Notes under the pieces: model-generated
Told to the model about the DNA's origin: nothing
The model's input: the letters and a program-made list of their open reading frames with translations, nothing else
The model's database searches: none
Shown: piece by piece, positions 30,025-39,263 of the stretch
Position numbering within the stretch: the first letter of the stretch is position 1
Layout: every line of letters starts with the position of its first letter
Made by a program: the position numbers and the translations under genes
Origin: an uncultured Chitinophagaceae bacterium
GTDB taxonomy: Bacteria > Bacteroidota > Ignavibacteria > UBA10030 > UBA8401
Assembly (NCBI GenBank): GCA_964596155.1
Contig: CAZQSI010000014.1
Location: 1 to 52,289, forward strand
Direction: 5' to 3'
DNA length: 52,289 nucleotides

Positions 30025-30096
30025 TCGTTTGTTGTGACGGAATGGTTTTCTTGTTGGGGAATCTCTGGTGCGCGCAACGGCTGCGTCAGACCGGAT

Positions 30097-31479
30097 TTAT
30101 ACATCGAACACTTTACCGGGATTCAAAATATTATTCGGATCCAATGCTTTTTTGATGGAGCGCATTGTATCGATGGCAGCGTATCCGGAGACAAGGTGGA
30201 GATATTTTTTCTTCGCCAGACCTGTCCCATGTTCTCCCGTAATCGTTCCACCCAGTTTTACCGCTTCGACAAATATTTCTTCATACGCCTTTTCCGCCCG
30301 GGCGATTTCATCGTGATCGCGTTCGTCCGTCAAACATGTCGGATGAAGATTTCCGTCGCCGGCGTGACCAAACGTTCCGATGAGGATATCATATTTTTTC
30401 GAAATGGCACTGATGGTCGAAAGCATGGCAGCGATGGCGCTTCGGGGAACGGTGATATCCTCCAATATCGTCGTCGGCTTTTTCCGGGCGAGAGCGGAAA
30501 ATGCGGAGCGACGCGCTGCTTTTAGATTCATCGCTTCGTCGATTGTTTGAGCTATCTTCACATCCGTTGCATGATTGTTCCGGCAGCATTCAACGATCTT
30601 TTGCGCTTCCTCTTCAACAACGGCCGGATGCCCGTCCACTTCCAGCAGCAGCAGGGATTCTATATTCGTCGGGAGCCCTATCTTCGAGAATTCCTCTACG
30701 CACTGAATTGTCGTCCGGTCAAGAAATTCGACGGTGCAGGGAATGATTTTTTGTGCAATGATCGATGAAACGGTTCTTCCGGCATCTTCCTGCGTATTGA
30801 AATACGCCACCATTGTTTTGCTCGCCTCCGGTTTCGGAATCAGTTTCAAAAGAATCTTCGTGAAGATCCCCAGCGTACCTTCCGAACCGATAAAAAAATC
30901 TTTAAGATTATAACCGGCAACATCCTTCACGGTTTTTCCCCCGCATTGAATGATCGAACCGTCCGGAAGCACAACTTCGAGTCCCATCACATAATTTTTC
31001 GTCACACCGTATTTCAATCCGCGCAGTCCGCCGGAATTTTCGGCGACATTTCCTCCGATCGTGCAAATATTCATGCTCCCCGGATCGGGTGGATAAAATA
31101 ATCCGATCGCCTCCACCGCCTGGTGCAATTGGGATGTGATGACACCCGGTTCCACCCAGGCCGTCAGATTTTCCGTGTCAATCTCAAGAATTGAATTCCA
31201 CCGGGACAAATCGATGACGATGGAATTCTTTACGGGTATGGATCCGCCGCTTAATCCTGATCCGGCGCCTCTGGGAACAACGGCAAACGATTCTTTATTT
31301 GCCAGCTTGAGAATGGAAGAAATTTGTTCCTTTGTGGTGGGCCGGACAATTGCATCGGGCAGGACGGCATGGAGCGGTGTTCCGTCATAAGAATAAACAA
31401 TCCGATCTTCCTCACCAATAAAGAGACGGTCTTTTCCAACAATTGATGAGAGCGCCGAGATGACATGCGGTGAAATCAT
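30097..31479 (-). CDS. glcD: FAD-linked oxidase subunit (GlcD family; substrate not established)
   Basis: PRGAGSGLSGG, YPPDPGS...TIGGNVAENSGG, GSEGTLG, FGHAGDGNLHP, GEHGTG and LNPGKV motifs. Confidence 0.88.
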   Translation of the reverse strand: MISPHVISALSSIVGKDRLFIGEEDRIVYSYDGTPLHAVLPDAIVRPTTKEQISSILKLANKESFAVVPRGAGSGLSGGSIPVKNSIVIDLSRWNSILEIDTENLTAWVEPGVITSQLHQAVEAIGLFYPPDPGSMNICTIGGNVAENSGGLRGLKYGVTKNYVMGLEVVLPDGSIIQCGGKTVKDVAGYNLKDFFIGSEGTLGIFTKILLKLIPKPEASKTMVAYFNTQEDAGRTVSSIIAQKIIPCTVEFLDRTTIQCVEEFSKIGLPTNIESLLLLEVDGHPAVVEEEAQKIVECCRNNHATDVKIAQTIDEAMNLKAARRSAFSALARKKPTTILEDITVPRSAIAAMLSTISAISKKYDILIGTFGHAGDGNLHPTCLTDERDHDEIARAEKAYEEIFVEAVKLGGTITGEHGTGLAKKKYLHLVSGYAAIDTMRSIKKALDPNNILNPGKVFDV

Positions 31480-31832
31480 TATGTCGTCCGTTTATAGCGA
31501 ACCAGATAGAATTGATTTTCGGGAGTTGAAATAAACGACGTCGGTCGCTCGCTGCTTGCAGTATTGTAGCAGACGATGAGAAAGCCGCCGCTGATTTTAT
31601 AAATCGCTTTGAATACTTTCCCCTTGTTTTCTCCTTCGTTGCTTGTAAAATCGAACGCCATGGGGACGACGTGCGGGACAAATTTCAACGTTCCTTTATT
31701 TGCAATGCCTCCGATCGTCATTTCGCACTCTTCACCGTTAATGACGAGCGTAATGACTGAAAGAAATTCTTCATCAATGTGCTGTCCCCCCAATTCCGCC
31801 ACCACTGCCTGCCATGTTCCTTCTAATGTCAT
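31479..31832 (-). CDS. TIGR03067-like domain protein
   Basis: LEGTWQAV..ELGG...GTLKF...FDF...KGKVFKAIYKI...LIVCY...RPTSF pattern; stop overlaps the glcD start. Confidence 0.7.
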   Translation of the reverse strand: MTLEGTWQAVVAELGGQHIDEEFLSVITLVINGEECEMTIGGIANKGTLKFVPHVVPMAFDFTSNEGENKGKVFKAIYKISGGFLIVCYNTASSERPTSFISTPENQFYLVRYKRTT

Positions 31833-32063
31833 GGTAATCCTTCTTGAGAATCAATTAGTGTTTTTAATGTTTGCAGATCAGCATCCTGTCTCTGTTGAAA
31901 ACCGTTTTTCATCGGCGGAGAGACACCGAAGTTCCGTACTCACTTCCTGCCGGTTACTTTCTCATGCTACACGAATTCCTTCCCATTCGTTTCAAAAACA
32001 TGCCGGGCTGTTGATTATAACGACGGATGCGATATTCACATCTGCATCTGTGAGAAATTGAAA

Positions 32064-32092
32064 TTGTTTCATCAGCACATGTTGAGTATATT
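32064..32092 (+). promoter_or_regulatory. Promoter of tpl
   Basis: TTGTTT-N17-TATATT(TG), 64 nt upstream of ATG 32157. Confidence 0.6.
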
Positions 32093-32156
32093 TGTCTGTG
32101 CTATTCATGGAAAAGTAACGAAAACCCCTTCTAAAATCAATGAATGAGGATGATAA

Positions 32157-33542
<1,386 letters not shown>

Positions 33543-33577
33543 AAAAAGGCCGTCGCTTTGTGAGTGACGGCCTTTTT
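33543..33577. terminator. Bidirectional intrinsic terminator
   Basis: AAAAA-GGCCGTCGC-tttgtga-GTGACGGCC-TTTTT between convergent genes. Confidence 0.85.
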
Positions 33578-33594
33578 CTTTACTGCAGAAACAA

Positions 33595-34395
33595 TTACCA
33601 ACCGAAGTAGCCGAACATCAATCCTGCGTTGACCGTATAACCTTTTGCTTTCATGTCCGACGGAACCGAATTAACCTGAAATGTTTCGTCGAGCTGCCAT
33701 TCTGATGAGATAAAGATCGGATACCCTGCACCCATGCGAAGTTGCAGCCATGGGAGGATTGTATATTCCACATTGATATGCGGGTTGAAGACAACAAATG
33801 CGCCGTCAATTCTTCGCGTATAGTTCACGGACTGACTGTTTGGATTCCCATAATCGTTCCAGAGAGTATTCCAGTCCTTGAACCCTCCGTTGTCCCGCTG
33901 CAATTTTAACCGCACTTGTCCCCCACCGATTGAAGCACCGACGGCAATGTCCAGGCGGTATGCGATCGGCTGAACATAGTCAATCAGGAAACCGCCGTAC
34001 GATATTTCATAATCAACTTCTTTTCGTAAATTACCGCCGCCGGTGATCGGCTGAAGCGCACTGACGGAACGGTTCCCCGTGACACCGAAGCCTCCCATAC
34101 GGACATTTTTCAAAAACATGATGTAGCCGTATCCTTCGCCACCGATCAGATAATGCGGATCAGTGCCGAGCGCCGGCAATCCTGCCGCGGTTAAATATTT
34201 ATCGATCTCTTTATTGTCAAAAATTCCGGCAACAGGTGTAACTCCTCCCGCTCCGCCGATTTTGGTTCGGTTCCAGTAGGACGATGATCGTCTTCCGTAA
34301 TCCTTTCCATCGTTCTCGTCATCCTCGTTTGTTTGTGCCAAGAGCGGAATGACAAAGAGTAATCCGGTCATCAACAGCGTCATTAATTTTTTCAT
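33595..34395 (-). CDS. Predicted outer-membrane beta-barrel protein; start reassigned from 34446 to MKKLMT
   Basis: Classic signal peptide (MKKLMTLLMTGLLFVIPLLA), Gly/aromatic alternating strands, C-terminal GLMFGYFGW. Confidence 0.7.
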   Translation of the reverse strand: MKKLMTLLMTGLLFVIPLLAQTNEDDENDGKDYGRRSSSYWNRTKIGGAGGVTPVAGIFDNKEIDKYLTAAGLPALGTDPHYLIGGEGYGYIMFLKNVRMGGFGVTGNRSVSALQPITGGGNLRKEVDYEISYGGFLIDYVQPIAYRLDIAVGASIGGGQVRLKLQRDNGGFKDWNTLWNDYGNPNSQSVNYTRRIDGAFVVFNPHINVEYTILPWLQLRMGAGYPIFISSEWQLDETFQVNSVPSDMKAKGYTVNAGLMFGYFGW

Positions 34396-34516
34396 GGAAT
34401 GATTCCCTTGAACGTTGTGTGAAATGGTTTTGCTTGCGTGAGACACTCAACACTGAATGGAAGATACGACTTTATGAGAAAAGAGTTGCACGCACCTGGA
34501 AGTGTGCGGAAGTGTG

Positions 34517-35068
34517 CTATAATCCCAACGCTGACGCATTTTGTTTTAATGCATCAAGCACAAACAGGATATGATTGTCCAGATTAACTCCCAACTCCTC
34601 CGAACCTTTCAAAATGTCATCCCGGTTCACTCCCCGCGCAAATGCTTTGTCTTTCAGTTTCTTTTTTACGGAACTGACTTCAACCGAAGCTATTTTTTTA
34701 TCCGGCTTCACCAGCGAACATGCAACAAGAAATCCGCACAACTCGTCAACGGCAAAGAGAGTTTTTGCAAGAAGTGTTGTTCTCGGTACATTGGTGTACT
34801 CGGCATGTCCCAGAATTGCATTACGCATCTCTTCAGGATATCCTTTTTCTTTTAATACTTCATTCCCTTTCAGCGGGTGATCGGGAGGATTCGGATACCG
34901 TTCATAATCAAAATCGTGCAGCAGACCTGTAATACCCCAGAGTTCCTTATCTTCCGAATATTTATCCGCATACGCGCGCATCGCCGTTTCAACACAGAGC
35001 ATATGTTTTCTCAACGATTCATTCTTCGTCCATTCGTGCATTAGCAGCAGCGCATCGTTTCTGTTCAT
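34517..35068 (-). CDS. HD-domain protein (predicted metal-dependent hydrolase)
   Basis: LRKHML...GLLHDFDYE...H...AILGHA...LFAVDELCG, then KKKLKDKAFARGVNR. Confidence 0.85.
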   Translation of the reverse strand: MNRNDALLLMHEWTKNESLRKHMLCVETAMRAYADKYSEDKELWGITGLLHDFDYERYPNPPDHPLKGNEVLKEKGYPEEMRNAILGHAEYTNVPRTTLLAKTLFAVDELCGFLVACSLVKPDKKIASVEVSSVKKKLKDKAFARGVNRDDILKGSEELGVNLDNHILFVLDALKQNASALGL

Positions 35069-35075
35069 GGCAGCC

Positions 35076-35738
35076 TCATACAGTTGATGAAGGACAATGT
35101 TTGCTCACGATGCAGGAACCGCATGTCGGTTTCCTGGCGGCGCAGACATTCCTTCCGTGAAGAATTAAAGAATGTGAAAAATGAAACCAATGTCGTTTTG
35201 TTATCAACGGCATTAAATCAAATTCGATTTTTACGGCGTCCTGCTCTTCGGTAAATCCTAATCTGTTAGATAACCGAATCACATGTGTATCCACCACCAC
35301 TCCTTCGGTTTTCCCGAACGCCGCTCCAAGCACCACGTTAGCTGTTTTTCTTCCGACGCCTGGCAAGGCGACAAGTTCTTCGAGTGTTTCGGGGACAACG
35401 CCATGATGACGCTCCAGCAATGCCTCAGCACAGGCGATAATATTTTTTGCTTTGTTTCTGTAAAAACCTGTGGAATGAATCAATGCTTCGAGTTCTTTAA
35501 CATCCGCGCCGGCAAAATCGTTCGGAGCTGCGAAGCGTGCAAATAATTGAGGTGTGACGAGATTAACCCGGGCGTCGGTGCATTGCGCAGAAAGTATCAC
35601 TGCCACCAGCAGTTGAAACGGCGTTGCGTAGTGCAGTGCCACTTCATCGCTGGGATATTCCCGCAGAAGTATTCGGGCAACAGCGCGGGCTCGTTTCTTT
35701 TTTTCTTCCCGTGATTCGACCGTGTGCCGCTTCTTCAT
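35076..35738 (-). CDS. nth: Endonuclease III
   Basis: LLVAVILSAQCTD, HhH motif LPGVGRKTANVV, VDTHV, and FeS loop CAARKPTCGSC...C. Confidence 0.95.
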   Translation of the reverse strand: MKKRHTVESREEKKKRARAVARILLREYPSDEVALHYATPFQLLVAVILSAQCTDARVNLVTPQLFARFAAPNDFAGADVKELEALIHSTGFYRNKAKNIIACAEALLERHHGVVPETLEELVALPGVGRKTANVVLGAAFGKTEGVVVDTHVIRLSNRLGFTEEQDAVKIEFDLMPLITKRHWFHFSHSLILHGRNVCAARKPTCGSCIVSKHCPSSTV

Positions 35739-36613
35739 TGTGCTGGCACGAGAACGACCATCGATGTATGGTGAGCGATCGCTTTTGTCAATTGCTCATC
35801 CTCCGCCGTTATCGATTCGACGATCGAACCAAGTTTATATTTGTTTAGGTCAACGCCGAAACGGATCTGAAATGCAGATCCTGCCAAACCCGGGAACGTA
35901 TGTTTTAGCACTGAGAGCTGTTGCATTTCGTACTGTTCAAACAGACTTGCCATTTTTGATTTTAGGTTTTCCGCCAGTGTGTCATCATGGCGGTCAATGT
36001 CAAGAATAACGAGGAACGAACCGGGATGGTCGGCAGGACGAATGGAATATAGAACTGATGACACTGAAGCATGAACCACTTGCATGATCTTCTGCTGATT
36101 GAATGTACTGATTCCGTTCATGATCGAATGAACTGTCGCAAATCCGGCATACGAAAATAGTGACACGTAAACACTCCCCGATTGTTTACCAAATGTGCAG
36201 CCGGCCTGTTTCAGCATCTCTTTTCCATTTTTCAACAATCGCTTCATCAATCCAATCGATTGCCGATGCAGCGGAACATCGTTTGCATCCATCACACTCC
36301 ACAGCGTATGGTCTGCAGTTGCAAGCATCGGAGCCGCATCCAGCTGCTGAATGGACGTATCGATCGTTTCCTTGATCAATCGAAGAATATCGTCACGATC
36401 CGACTTCAGCGGCGTTGCCAAAAATTGCGTTAACCCACCCAACAATGATGTCCCGTTCTTTTGCGTCACTTCGGACGAAATGCGGTGTTCTTCCGCTTTT
36501 CCCGTTTTTATTAATTCATCCATCGATAATCGGTACGACTCATGCGGAAGAATTTCCGAAGCAGGAGCGGTCAGATGTTTTTGAAGCAGGACCAAATAAG
36601 AAAATTTTTTCAT
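35735..36613 (-). CDS. Hypothetical protein, possibly with a degenerate GGDEF/cyclase-like C-terminal fold
   Basis: 292-aa ORF with a 4-nt ATGA overlap to nth. Residues ~147-205 follow the beta-alpha-alpha-beta-beta pattern of GGDEF domains but lack the GG(D/E)EF signature. Confidence 0.55.
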   Translation of the reverse strand: MKKFSYLVLLQKHLTAPASEILPHESYRLSMDELIKTGKAEEHRISSEVTQKNGTSLLGGLTQFLATPLKSDRDDILRLIKETIDTSIQQLDAAPMLATADHTLWSVMDANDVPLHRQSIGLMKRLLKNGKEMLKQAGCTFGKQSGSVYVSLFSYAGFATVHSIMNGISTFNQQKIMQVVHASVSSVLYSIRPADHPGSFLVILDIDRHDDTLAENLKSKMASLFEQYEMQQLSVLKHTFPGLAGSAFQIRFGVDLNKYKLGSIVESITAEDEQLTKAIAHHTSMVVLVPAQ

Positions 36614-36716
36614 AGAGAATGCCCTGTACGTGCCAATCGCTCAAATTGCAAAAATAGTAAATTTGATCTGATTTTCATCATGTGATTCGGAGGGAGCGTG
36701 TTGACCGGTAAAATGC

Positions 36717-36741
36717 AAAATCCGATCAATGATCGGATTTT
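36717..36741 (-). terminator. Hairpin terminator directly after tRNA-Lys
   Basis: Perfect 11-bp stem AAAATCCGATC-att-GATCGGATTTT followed by GCATTTT on the minus strand. Confidence 0.7.
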
Positions 36742-36743
36742 TG

Positions 36744-36816
36744 TGCACCTACCAGGACTCGAACCTGGAACCCACTGATTAAGAGTCAGTTGCTCTACCA
36801 ATTGAGCCATAGGTGC
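36744..36816 (-). tRNA. tRNA-Lys (anticodon CTT), CCA not encoded
   Basis: GCACCTATGGCTCAATTGGTAGAGCAACTGACT-CTT-AATCAGTGGGTTCCAGGTTCGAGTCCTGGTAGGTGCA; acceptor stem GCACCTA/TAGGTGC, 73 nt. Confidence 0.97.
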
Positions 36817-36902
36817 TTCATTAAATTTATTAAAAAGCCCAACGCTAAAGTTCATTGGGCTTATCTTCGTCTGCTGACTGAAGCAGATGCTGTGTTAACT
36901 TA

Positions 36903-37223
36903 CTACTGTACCGGAGGAGCTTGAACGGGAATTTGCGGTGCGGGTACTGTCGTTTGACCGCTCTGAATGACGCTCTCCTGTGTTTTTCCTTTGCCCGGTA
37001 AAAAGAACAAATTTACGATCAGCGCGATGGCAATAAAGGCAGTCGCAAGATACGTTGTCGACTTGGAAAGAAAATCCGAAGCGCGACGCACTCCGAACAC
37101 CGATCCGATGTTTCCGCCGCCTAAACTTGCAGAGAGTCCGCCCCCCTTGCTATTCTGCATTAAAATAACAATGATTAATAATACGGAAATGATGATTTCA
37201 AGGAGAACTAAAGAAGTGTACAT
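36903..37223 (-). CDS. secG: Preprotein translocase subunit SecG
   Basis: Two hydrophobic helices around LMQNSKGGGLSASLGG...FLSKST; tRNA gene directly downstream, as is common for secG. Confidence 0.92.
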   Translation of the reverse strand: MYTSLVLLEIIISVLLIIVILMQNSKGGGLSASLGGGNIGSVFGVRRASDFLSKSTTYLATAFIAIALIVNLFFLPGKGKTQESVIQSGQTTVPAPQIPVQAPPVQ

Positions 37224-37241
37224 TCTGTTCCTGACAATATG

Positions 37242-37269
37242 TTGACATTATTGATTTGGCATGTAAAAT
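37242..37269 (+). promoter_or_regulatory. Promoter of the metallophosphoesterase gene
   Basis: TTGACA-N16-TAAAAT with an extended -10 TG. Confidence 0.6.
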
Positions 37270-37294
37270 TAGCGAAAAAGATGAGAAAAATCAA
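37266..37294 (-). promoter_or_regulatory. Promoter of secG
   Basis: TTGATT-N17-TAATTT on the minus strand. Confidence 0.5.
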
Positions 37295-37308
37295 GGTAAA
37301 GTACGAAG

Positions 37309-38529
37309 ATGTTTAGAATAATTATCTCCGCGGTGCTGCTGACCGGCCAATTGTTCCTTTATTACCGATTTGCAAAGTTTGTCGATCAACTCATCGAGCG
37401 GTTTCATCCGTTGAAAAAGATCGGCCTGGTGCTTTTTATCTTTTTCAATGCTGCGCTGCTCGTGATAGCATACTATTTTTGGAGATTATCGGACATTCCC
37501 CGCGATGTGCAAATGCTCCTCTATCCGGTCTATATTTGGCATATTGCAACACTCTTCATTTTTTTCGCATTACTGATTGCGGAACTTTTTAAGCTTCCGT
37601 TTGTTGTGATATTTAATGTTGTAAAATATATTCCTTTCATTGGCACAAAGGTATCGCAGATGGCAGATTCACCACGGTTCAAATCTCTTAATGCATCACG
37701 CAGGGCATTTCTTCAAAAAGGCTTTGTCGGACTCTCCGCATATTCATTCGTCGGAGCAACCGCAGGAACCATTACTGAAGGAGATTACGAAATCGTCAAC
37801 ACGACTGTCACGATTCCCAACCTGCCCGATGAGTTCAAAGGATTCAGAATCGGAATGATGAGCGATCTCCATTCAAGCATCTTTATGAATAAAGAGGATA
37901 TGGATGTTTATGTGAAAGCGATGAACGATCTTAAAACGGATCTGGTCGTCGTCACGGGAGACTTCGTTAATAGTCAAACGCAGGAAGTGTATCAATTCGC
38001 AGAAGCATTTTCCAACCTGAAAGCGCCGAACGGCGTCTATGGATGTCTTGGAAATCATGACTATTTCACCAAAAATGTCGATCTTGTTGCGAAAGAAGTG
38101 GACGGATGCGGAGTAAAGCTGCTTCGGAACGATGCGATTAAGATTCAAAAGGGAAATTCTTTTTTTAATCTCCTCGGCGTGGATGATATCGGCCGCTCGA
38201 TGGATCCGAATGATTATTTTTCAAAAGCGCTCGCATTTGCAAAAAATAACAATCCAAAGATCCTTCTCTGCCATAAGCCGTATTATTTCGAACAGGCGAC
38301 AAAACTCGGCATTGACCTGACATTAAGCGGACATACCCATGGCGGACAAATTGTATTTGGAACGGTTGACCAGACTCCCATCTCCCTGGCAACGCTTGCT
38401 TCCAAATATGTTTCCGGTCTGTACACAATCAATTCTTCCCACCTTTACGTCAATAACGGCATCGGCTTTACCGGACTTCCGATTCGGATTAATTGTCCGG
38501 CGGAGTTGACGGTTCTTACGCTTGCGTAA
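37309..38529 (+). CDS. Membrane-anchored metallophosphoesterase (YkuE/YaeI-like)
   Basis: N-terminal TM helices, then SDLH, TGDFV, GCLGNHDY, LCHKP and SGHTHGGQ calcineurin-like motifs. Confidence 0.9.
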   Translation: MFRIIISAVLLTGQLFLYYRFAKFVDQLIERFHPLKKIGLVLFIFFNAALLVIAYYFWRLSDIPRDVQMLLYPVYIWHIATLFIFFALLIAELFKLPFVVIFNVVKYIPFIGTKVSQMADSPRFKSLNASRRAFLQKGFVGLSAYSFVGATAGTITEGDYEIVNTTVTIPNLPDEFKGFRIGMMSDLHSSIFMNKEDMDVYVKAMNDLKTDLVVVTGDFVNSQTQEVYQFAEAFSNLKAPNGVYGCLGNHDYFTKNVDLVAKEVDGCGVKLLRNDAIKIQKGNSFFNLLGVDDIGRSMDPNDYFSKALAFAKNNNPKILLCHKPYYFEQATKLGIDLTLSGHTHGGQIVFGTVDQTPISLATLASKYVSGLYTINSSHLYVNNGIGFTGLPIRINCPAELTVLTLA

Positions 38530-38541
38530 CTCTTTTTCTCT

Positions 38542-38570
38542 TTGAAATTCGAACGTGATTTATCTATATT
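38542..38570 (+). promoter_or_regulatory. Promoter of the tdk-nupC-PNP cluster
   Basis: TTGAAA-N17-TATATT, 40 nt before the tdk ATG. Confidence 0.65.
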
Positions 38571-38610
38571 CATTCGACAGAATTTCGGATGAATTTCAGG
38601 AAAGTTCGGT

Positions 38611-39180
38611 ATGGAAGTTACGCAGCATCAAGCACCAAAAAACATCGGATGGATAGAAGTTGTTGCCGGATGTATGTTCAGCGGTAAGACCGAGGAACTG
38701 ATCCGCCGGCTCCGCCGAGCACAGATCGCCAGACAAAAAGTGATCATCTTCAAACCGCGCATCGACAACCGGTATTCTGCAAATCAAATCGTTTCGCACA
38801 ACACTCAATCATTGGAATCCGTCGTCATCGACACACCGCAGGAAATTATTGCGCTCTCAAAAGATGCTCAGGTCGTCGGTATAGACGAAGTTCAATTTTT
38901 CGATATGTCCGTCGTCGAGATTTGCAATGCGTTGGCTGACGAGGGAAAAAGGGTGATTGTTGCCGGTCTCGATCAGGATTATCGCGGCGTACCGTTTGAA
39001 CCGATTCCTCAATTACTCTCCGTTGCCGAATATATCACAAAAACTCTGGCAATCTGTGTTGTTTGCGGTAATCCGGCAGACCGCACGCAGCGAAAAATTG
39101 CAAATGCGGACAGAGTGGTTGTCGGCGCAGCAGATTCCTACGAAGCCCGCTGCCGTAAATGTCATTACATCCCGGATTGA
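38611..39180 (+). CDS. tdk: Thymidine kinase
   Basis: [32 protein letters not shown] and YEARCRKC motifs. Confidence 0.97.
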   Translation: MEVTQHQAPKNIGWIEVVAGCMFSGKTEELIRRLRRAQIARQKVIIFKPRIDNRYSANQIVSHNTQSLESVVIDTPQEIIALSKDAQVVGIDEVQFFDMSVVEICNALADEGKRVIVAGLDQDYRGVPFEPIPQLLSVAEYITKTLAICVVCGNPADRTQRKIANADRVVVGAADSYEARCRKCHYIPD

Positions 39181-39263
39181 TTTCATTCTTGCACATATTC
39201 CTCCACGCCAAGCGTTCCGATTCTCCGGACTCCTGGATTTTATTCACTTAATATTCAACCATT

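Noticed and set aside
31916-31950. GGAGAGACACCGAAG resembling a glycine riboswitch core
   Set aside because: It lacks the P2 hairpin and the downstream CTCTCAGG-type motif, and lies upstream of the predicted tpl promoter.
31609-32061. 150-aa plus-strand ORF
   Set aside because: Largely the antisense shadow of the TIGR03067-like gene; no ribosome-binding site or recognisable motif.
36610-36855. 81-aa ORF over tRNA-Lys
   Set aside because: It reads through the tRNA sequence and its terminator; spurious.
36835-36862. AAGCCCAA/TTGGGCTT hairpin between secG and tRNA-Lys
   Set aside because: The 12-nt loop and short U-tract make it at best a weak terminator or processing signal; not distinctive.
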